Of a stretch of DNA of 64,000 nucleotides, positions 57,958 through 64,000 are shown one piece after another. Every line of letters starts with the position of its first letter. Within the stretch, counting starts at the first letter, position 1. The stretch lies in the NCBI GenBank assembly GCA_965198235.1, contig OZ240248.1:1120001-1184000 (forward strand), given 5' to 3'. Both the position numbers and the translations under genes were made by a program. Source of the DNA: Candidatus Poribacteria bacterium. Lineage in GTDB: Bacteria; Poribacteria; WGA-4E; WGA-3G. Under the pieces are notes generated by a model that made no database searches, was not told the origin of the DNA, and saw only the letters and a program-made list of their open reading frames with translations.

Positions 57958-58427
57958 ACCTGCATTATACACGGGGTTGAGAAAAATATCAACGTGATTT
58001 TTCAAACACCCACAGGTGTTTTAAGCCATTATCCCCAGGTTGAAAGAGCTGCAATCCTGTGAAGACCGAAGAGGTTTCCTGTAAATCCTGATTCAGACAG
58101 CTAACACCCAACACTACCCAATTTAAATTCTCGATCTTCATCCAACTACGAAACCCGTTCCTACCCTGCCAAACGCTTCTATACAGATAGCATCCGTCCC
58201 ACACCCAACAACGCCTCCGACAAAAAATGTTAAAATCCGCGGAATCTGCTAAATCCGCGACAATCCGCGATTCAGACAATGCACATACCACACCTAATCT
58301 GACACTCTATCCCTATTTTTATCGCACTTTTTCGTAACGCCCCTCAAAAAAATAACGTTATCTCCTTCGTAGGAAACTATTGAAAATTCGCGCGATTTCA
58401 ACCGCGCCCAAAACAGGATAATTAAAT

Positions 58428-58542
58428 TATAGTGAAGTCCAAAAATTTATAGACGGCATGAAACTGGGCACTTACTGTCCCACTGGAGAGGTTTCCGAAC
58501 CGCGTCCGCAACAGTGTATCGGTAATTGTAGATTTTACTATA
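58428..58542. mobile_element. MITE-like shell (TATRGTAAA TIR family)
   Basis: TATAGTGAAGTCC...AGATTTTACTATA. Confidence 0.55.
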
Positions 58543-58595
58543 AAACCCAAAGCATGTTCTCGAGTTTGTGTTTGTTTAGAGGAGGAAAATTACGA

Positions 58596-60788
58596 ATGTT
58601 GTTCGATAAATTGAAATTTATCTTAATTTTTGCCCTGCTACTCGTCGGACTTGCCTTCGTGGCAACACCCGCAACCGCAGCTGTGACACCCTTCCTGTCA
58701 GTCCCAGATGAGGTGGCAAATGACCCGGAGGACCCAGACACACAAGGCATCCAAGTATACGGCATCAGAGCTGAATCCGTTTCTTTTGAGTTAACTATCA
58801 CCTTCCAGGATGACCAGAACAATAATGCTAATACCCCAGTAACCGGCTTTGATGTCAGTGATATTGTGTTGCAGGCTTTAGATAACAACGACGATCATGT
58901 TCTGAACGGTGCAACAGCCGCTCCGCTTACAACTACAGATAATGCGGTGTGGACAACGACAATCACTGTTAAGGGTAATGTTAGTAATGTAAATATAGCA
59001 GTGCCAGCAGGGTCTGTCCAAACCCTACCCGTTTTTTCTCCCGACTTCCAACCGGGGGTACCTGCCCCCGCCGAGGCTGTAATAGAATCGGTCGAAATAA
59101 TTCGGAGCACGGCACCGCCGCTTACGCTGTCGTCTGATAAGTCTATTGGTGGCAACGCGCCGTTTACGGTGACACTCACCTCAACGACACCCATTACACT
59201 GACGCGCGCTGATCTCAAGGTCACCAACGGATATATTGATAGTATTACATCTGACACTGCCCAAAGAGTTTGGACAGTGACGATTCGTCCCGTTGTGGGT
59301 ATAATACAGATAACTGTAGAACCGTCGGCTACCGGTTCATATATCTTCCCGAAAGGCACGTTTACCGTAGATACGACCGGACCCGTCGCGACGATTACAG
59401 GAACGCCTCCGGTAGGCGGCGGTGTGTTTCCCATAACGATCACTTTTGACGAACCCCTTCAGACGAGTGCCGCACTGCTTCCGGGTGAAATCACTGTCAT
59501 CGGCGGCTCAATCACCGCCCTCTTCGCAATCCCCAATACAAACAGTTACGTCGCAACGCTCACACCCAATCCCAGTGCGACAAGCGTGACGGTGCAGATC
59601 AAGGCAAGGGCTGTAGCAGACGCGGGTGGGGTGCCAAACACAGCAACGCCTTCCCCTGCGCTCAGCTTCAGAGTCGCCGCAACCACCACGCCACCAGGAA
59701 CCACGCCAAGACAAGGAGCAGTGACGATTAGCGAAATTATGTTCGCTACAGATGGCGGCGCGAATGAAATCCAGTGGATTGAGCTTTCCAATAGTTCTAA
59801 AACCCAAGCCGTTGCCTTAGATGCTGGTAGTGGGTGGGAGCTCATCATTGAAAACTACAACGATCCGCACGCAGCCAGAGAGCCCCTGTCCGGAACAATT
59901 AATTTTAAGGATAGTGGAGGCGTGAAAACGATCCCCCCAAATCAGACGGTGCTCATCGTCTCAGCGAATGGCAGAAACTCAGATCGCATCCACTTTGTAG
60001 CGACTCGCGTCTTTAAGGTTTACCCGGAACTCGCCGCTGAATTTGGTATGAGCACCCTGCGAGATCCGTTCTTACATCCGACCATGGGGTTCCACATCAA
60101 ACTCGTCGATGGAAGAAATAACCTCGCCGATGAAGTTGGAAACCTTGATGGCAGAATCCGGACCGCTGATGAACCCGCATGGGAATTACCGAATGGCTGG
60201 ACAGAAGATGGAGACCGTACTTCGCTCATCCGCCGGTATCGTGAGTATAACCCGCGGACCCGAAGATACACGAACAAAGGCACCGCGCTCAACGGCATCC
60301 TGCGAGAAGCGTGGATCCCCGCAGTAGAAACCTCGTTCTTGGACCTATCAAGAAAAGATATTGAAACCTGGTACGGCAGCAGAACCGACCACGGGAGCCC
60401 CGGCATCCGAGCAGGGCATGCGCTCCCTGTCCAACTGTCTCAATTCCGTCCAGATCTCACCGAAGCTGGCACGGTTGTCATTAATTGGACGACTGAGTCC
60501 GAGGTGGACAACGCCGGATTCAATATATTACGAAGTCAAACGAAGACGGGTGAATTCAAGGTCATCAACGCCCAGCTGATTCCGGGAGCAGGCACCACCG
60601 CTGAACGGAATACCTATACGTGGACAGACACCACGGCGAAGCCAAACGTCGTCTACTATTACCAAATTGAAGACGTATCTTTTGATGGCGAACGCCAGAC
60701 GTTAGCGACAGTCCGCCTGAGAGGGTTGATTTCCGCTAAAGGTAAACTTGCTACGCAGTGGGGCGAATTGAAGCACTCACGAGATTAA
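58596..60788 (+). CDS. Secreted Ig-like plus lamin-tail-like domain protein
   Basis: GGAGG RBS, signal peptide, Thr-rich Ig folds, ISEIM..QWIEL, LPVQLSQF..W.TESEVDNAGFN, C-terminal KGKLATQWGELK. Confidence 0.8.
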   Translation: MLFDKLKFILIFALLLVGLAFVATPATAAVTPFLSVPDEVANDPEDPDTQGIQVYGIRAESVSFELTITFQDDQNNNANTPVTGFDVSDIVLQALDNNDDHVLNGATAAPLTTTDNAVWTTTITVKGNVSNVNIAVPAGSVQTLPVFSPDFQPGVPAPAEAVIESVEIIRSTAPPLTLSSDKSIGGNAPFTVTLTSTTPITLTRADLKVTNGYIDSITSDTAQRVWTVTIRPVVGIIQITVEPSATGSYIFPKGTFTVDTTGPVATITGTPPVGGGVFPITITFDEPLQTSAALLPGEITVIGGSITALFAIPNTNSYVATLTPNPSATSVTVQIKARAVADAGGVPNTATPSPALSFRVAATTTPPGTTPRQGAVTISEIMFATDGGANEIQWIELSNSSKTQAVALDAGSGWELIIENYNDPHAAREPLSGTINFKDSGGVKTIPPNQTVLIVSANGRNSDRIHFVATRVFKVYPELAAEFGMSTLRDPFLHPTMGFHIKLVDGRNNLADEVGNLDGRIRTADEPAWELPNGWTEDGDRTSLIRRYREYNPRTRRYTNKGTALNGILREAWIPAVETSFLDLSRKDIETWYGSRTDHGSPGIRAGHALPVQLSQFRPDLTEAGTVVINWTTESEVDNAGFNILRSQTKTGEFKVINAQLIPGAGTTAERNTYTWTDTTAKPNVVYYYQIEDVSFDGERQTLATVRLRGLISAKGKLATQWGELKHSRD

Positions 60789-60823
60789 CCAACGGATATT
60801 CCAATTACATTTTCCGAAACAAC

Positions 60824-60865
60824 GAACGGGTAATGCACGCTATGGCATTGCCCGTTCTCTTTTTC
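60824..60865 (+). terminator. Intrinsic terminator
   Basis: GAACGGGTAATGC-loop-GCATTGCCCGTTC followed by a T-rich tract. Confidence 0.75.
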
Positions 60866-60981
60866 TCCCATCTGTATCTATACTGAGGACAGCTCATTAT
60901 TCGTAATGTGGAAGGGGTTTGTAACCCCAACCTTGTTCCTTCCGTTCAACCCACTCCATAAAATCCATCAACGATTCTTAT

Positions 60982-62010
60982 TTGTTCTATTATGAAGGCA
61001 AGCAAATTGTGCATGCGGAAAGGGTGATTGACACTACAGAGATTGTGGCGGCACTGCAAACTCAGACACCGACTAACGAGCAGCCGGGTGGCGATAACAC
61101 TAACGGTAATAATTTAGGTGCCAATAACCCACTACCACCACTACCACCGTCTCCACTGGTCAGAAATTCGCCACCTAACAATGGCGGCAACAACGGCGGT
61201 GGCAATAACGGCGGCAAGCAGCAACCCGTCAATGCACCAACACGAACAGCGACGACGTTAGAGGTGGTCAGTGGTGGTGGTCAGAGTGCGGAAACCAATC
61301 AACACTTGACGAACCCTCTTATTGTGAGAGTGCTGGATCAGAACAGTGTTGTGCTATCCGGTGTCACAGTGAGTTTCAGTGTGAGTCCAAGCAGTGGTGT
61401 CCTAAATCCTACGAGTGCTACCACAGGGTCAGACGGTCAAGCAAGCACCACACTACAGTTTGGTGAAACGACTGGCACGTACACCGTCACAGTAACTGCT
61501 ACTGGAGTCTCTCAGCAGGTGACATTTACGGCGACGGCTACCGCGCGACCGACTGATAGCGATTGGGCGCAACAATCACACTATTATTCTGCAGAGGAGT
61601 CTAAACAGGGATGGTTAGTATGGATATACTACCCAGAAAACTACGAAGGTCCGCGTGGGACGCCAGGGGAAAACGACGAGGCAAATTTCGTGAGCAATGG
61701 ATTCATGCTCATCCCAGACGATGAATCAACAATCACAGAGTTTTCCCAAACCGAGGGACCCTGTTTTGATGCCGAGAAACCCTGCCACATCGGCACCGTC
61801 GGCGACTGGGAAAATTCAACAACGTACAGTGTTCAGATCTTCCTCGCAACGACACAGGATCCAGCATCGTTTCAGGTAATATGGGATCGTAAGGCTGAAA
61901 ATTGGACGGATGGTTCTCCACCGCCCGACATGACATACAACCTCATGGCAAGCAAAAACACAATGCTCTATACCGACCCGATGTTTGACCCTGATCATAC
62001 CCAGCAATAA
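60982..62010 (+). CDS. Big_1 (invasin-type Ig) domain protein, probably lacking its N-terminus
   Basis: VSGGGQSA..PLIVRVLDQ..GVTVSF..TGSDGQAST; Asn/Gly/Pro-rich linker; no clear RBS or signal peptide. Confidence 0.65.
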   Translation: MFYYEGKQIVHAERVIDTTEIVAALQTQTPTNEQPGGDNTNGNNLGANNPLPPLPPSPLVRNSPPNNGGNNGGGNNGGKQQPVNAPTRTATTLEVVSGGGQSAETNQHLTNPLIVRVLDQNSVVLSGVTVSFSVSPSSGVLNPTSATTGSDGQASTTLQFGETTGTYTVTVTATGVSQQVTFTATATARPTDSDWAQQSHYYSAEESKQGWLVWIYYPENYEGPRGTPGENDEANFVSNGFMLIPDDESTITEFSQTEGPCFDAEKPCHIGTVGDWENSTTYSVQIFLATTQDPASFQVIWDRKAENWTDGSPPPDMTYNLMASKNTMLYTDPMFDPDHTQQ

Positions 62011-62021
62011 GGACCGTTAAA

Positions 62022-62062
62022 CAATGGGCAATGGACTTCGGTCCATTGCCCATTTCTTTTTT
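62022..62062 (+). terminator. Intrinsic terminator between convergent genes
   Basis: AATGGGCAATGGAC-TTCG-GTCCATTGCCCATT followed by TCTTTTTTT. Confidence 0.9.
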
Positions 62063-62102
62063 TGAAACTATTGTAATGTGAAGTCTATGTGACGTGCTAT
62101 AC

Positions 62103-62903
62103 CTATTCATCAAGTTGATGCACAACAGCAAGCGGCGTTGCGGCGAGTAAACCCGCATCAATCGGAATGATAACACCGGAGATCCATTTCGATTCGTCGC
62201 TGGCGAGAAAAACGGTTGCCCAAGCAACATCCCAAGCAGTTCCTTCTGTACCGAGTGGTCCGATAAGCCTCCGCCGCTCCCGCTCGGCTTCGCTCAAATA
62301 CGGCGCAGGGAATGAAGCGTAAAGATGTCCGGGCGCGATACAATTCACTCGGATATTGTCCCGTCCATGATGCACTGCCATCACTGTTGTTGCGGAAATC
62401 ATCCCACCCTTCGCCGCCGCGTATGGCAGATTTCGAGATGAACCCGCACGCAACGCGTCGATTGACGAGACGTTGATAATTGAACCTCCGCCCGCCTCCG
62501 CCATCCGTGGCACGGCATGCTTACACGCCATGATCATGCTTTTGAGATTGACATCCATGACCCTGTCCCACTTCGCCTCGTCCACCTGCGTGACCATCCC
62601 GGAACCGCCAAGCCCGACGTTGTTGAAGAGGACGTTCACTTTGCCAAAACGTTCGACGGCGGCTTCTACCATCCCAGCACAGGCTTCCTCTGTGGACAAA
62701 TCGCCGATAAATATTGATGCTTCGCCACCTTCTGCCTCGATTTCAGCAAGCGTAGCGTTGGCGTTCTCAGGGGAGATATCCGCCAATAGCACTTTCGCAC
62801 CCTCTCTCGCGAAGAGCATTGATGTCGAATAGCCAGTACCGTCGACATCCCCTTTTTTACCGGCACCTGTAACAATCGCAACTTTTCCATTCAATCGATT
62901 CAT
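62103..62903 (-). CDS. SDR family oxidoreductase
   Basis: VTGAG, NNVG, YAAAK, NCIAPG. Confidence 0.93.
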   Translation of the reverse strand: MNRLNGKVAIVTGAGKKGDVDGTGYSTSMLFAREGAKVLLADISPENANATLAEIEAEGGEASIFIGDLSTEEACAGMVEAAVERFGKVNVLFNNVGLGGSGMVTQVDEAKWDRVMDVNLKSMIMACKHAVPRMAEAGGGSIINVSSIDALRAGSSRNLPYAAAKGGMISATTVMAVHHGRDNIRVNCIAPGHLYASFPAPYLSEAERERRRLIGPLGTEGTAWDVAWATVFLASDESKWISGVIIPIDAGLLAATPLAVVHQLDE

Positions 62904-63018
62904 TTTTTAATTTATGGGCTCCTGAGCTGCCCTCCACTGTGGGAGGGGTTTGTAACCCCGATTCTTTCGGGCAGGTTTCTGGTTAAGTTCATCTAAGCTA
63001 GGATCGTGAACAATTTAT

Positions 63019-63150
63019 TATAGTAAAGCCCACAATTATTGAAACGCTTTAAATAAATTTGGAGATTTCGGCGCGTTTCTTACCCCCCTGATAAGGGGGG
63101 AAGGGGGGTTAACTTCTCAAAGTGTTCACCTATTTTTGGATTTTACTATA
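63019..63150. mobile_element. MITE-like shell (TATRGTAAA TIR family)
   Basis: TATAGTAAAGCCCA...TGGATTTTACTATA; internal CCCCCCTGATAAGGGGGG. Confidence 0.65.
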
Positions 63151-63230
63151 AAAGGACTCCTGGGGCTTCCGAGAGATTTGAAACCTCGCCAGCAATAGAT
63201 AGTGTGACCCATTTGCCCGCAAATTTGCAT

Positions 63231-64000
63231 TTATGTCCCAATCCCTAACTTATCGTTAATCTCCTTCTGATAGCCTTCCAGTTCGCAGTTTTCGATCTCC
63301 TCAATCGTCACTGGACGACCGAACCATCCCGATTCATAGACCGCCATGCAGATGGCTTCCGACCGCATGCCTTCGATGGCATCCACTTCCGGTTTGCCAC
63401 CGCTCCGAATGGCATCGGCGAAGTATTTCAGCTCAATCGCGACGGTATCTTCCACACCGCCCGGGAAGTAGTATTCCCGTTCTGAATCGCTGAGGCTATC
63501 CGTGAACTCTTGCATGAGGTCATCGTTGGAGATCGGTTCGCCGCCGCGCGGCACCAACCCCTGGTTCCAATCAAGCGAGCCTTCACTACCGTAAACGGTG
63601 TGTTGACGGAAACCGTGTCCGGGCGCGGAGCCGACCCATGTCCACTGCGCTGTAACGCCCTGCTCAAACTTGATAGTGGCGATCATCGCATCCTCAATGT
63701 CAACGGCGTATCCGCCTTCTCTTTCTGCAGGATTGTCATAACGGAAAGGTTCGTAAGCCTTGTTAATGGCATAGACCTCCTCGGCTTCCATGCCGAGGAT
63801 ATAGCGCATCAGATCCGTAAAATGCACGCCACCGTCTAATGCCCAACCACCGCCTGCATCCATCTTGAAGTTACGCCAACTCCATTTCCCTAAGCCTTCG
63901 CTGACCTCTACCCAGAAGAACATACGAGGATCGCCGATACGTCCTTGGGCGACTGCCCAGCTGCGGGTGCGTTGGATGCGCGCCAGACGATAGTTTTCAG
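63231..64000 (-). CDS. Gfo/Idh/MocA family oxidoreductase, C-terminal part (runs off the window)
   Basis: ENYR, GRIGDPR, GGGWALDGGVHFTDL, YGSEG. Confidence 0.88.
   Translation of the reverse strand, partial: ENYRLARIQRTRSWAVAQGRIGDPRMFFWVEVSEGLGKWSWRNFKMDAGGGWALDGGVHFTDLMRYILGMEAEEVYAINKAYEPFRYDNPAEREGGYAVDIEDAMIATIKFEQGVTAQWTWVGSAPGHGFRQHTVYGSEGSLDWNQGLVPRGGEPISNDDLMQEFTDSLSDSEREYYFPGGVEDTVAIELKYFADAIRSGGKPEVDAIEGMRSEAICMAVYESGWFGRPVTIEEIENCELEGYQKEINDKLGIGT

Noticed and set aside
57989-58291. 100-aa minus-strand ORF
   Set aside because: It overlaps AATCC-type repeats and has no recognisable domain.

Overview
Bacterial chromosomal window, about 50% GC. It is most likely from Candidatus Poribacteria; this is an inference from the C-terminal 'GKL(A/T)TxWGE(I/L)K' tails, the extended ECF sigma factor, the DUF1501/LamG/PQQ-repeat proteins and the style of intergenic repeats. 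The left part (1-26 kb) holds housekeeping and transport genes: tyrS, a TonB-dependent receptor, an ECF sigma factor, TRAP and SSS transporters, rsmA, coaBC, gmk, a ferredoxin, rsmD, a GH36-like protein, a UDG and a LamG protein. From 26.3 to 56.9 kb runs a co-directional ~30 kb respiratory supercluster behind a perfect sigma70 promoter. It encodes a Rieske/split cytochrome b6-type complex with an octaheme cytochrome c, a Nitrospira-like CydA-only bd-type oxidase module with c-type cytochromes and cupredoxin-like proteins, a full A1-type heme-copper oxidase with maturation factors, and a USP/PCP_red/Mrp module. The right end has a frameshifted Rpn gene, secreted Ig-like proteins and oxidoreductases. 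Three observations stand out. (1) An unannotated Tyr-rich leader peptide (..YYYLYCNGRW*) with an antiterminator/terminator pair lies upstream of tyrS, which looks like ribosome-mediated attenuation rather than a T-box. (2) The hybrid respiratory supercluster itself. (3) A modular system of short repeats (REPs nested in MITE-like shells) that sit at start codons, donate N-terminal peptides and are inserted in-frame in proteins. No rRNA, tRNA or CRISPR array was recognised. All calls come from reading motifs by eye; no database search was run.
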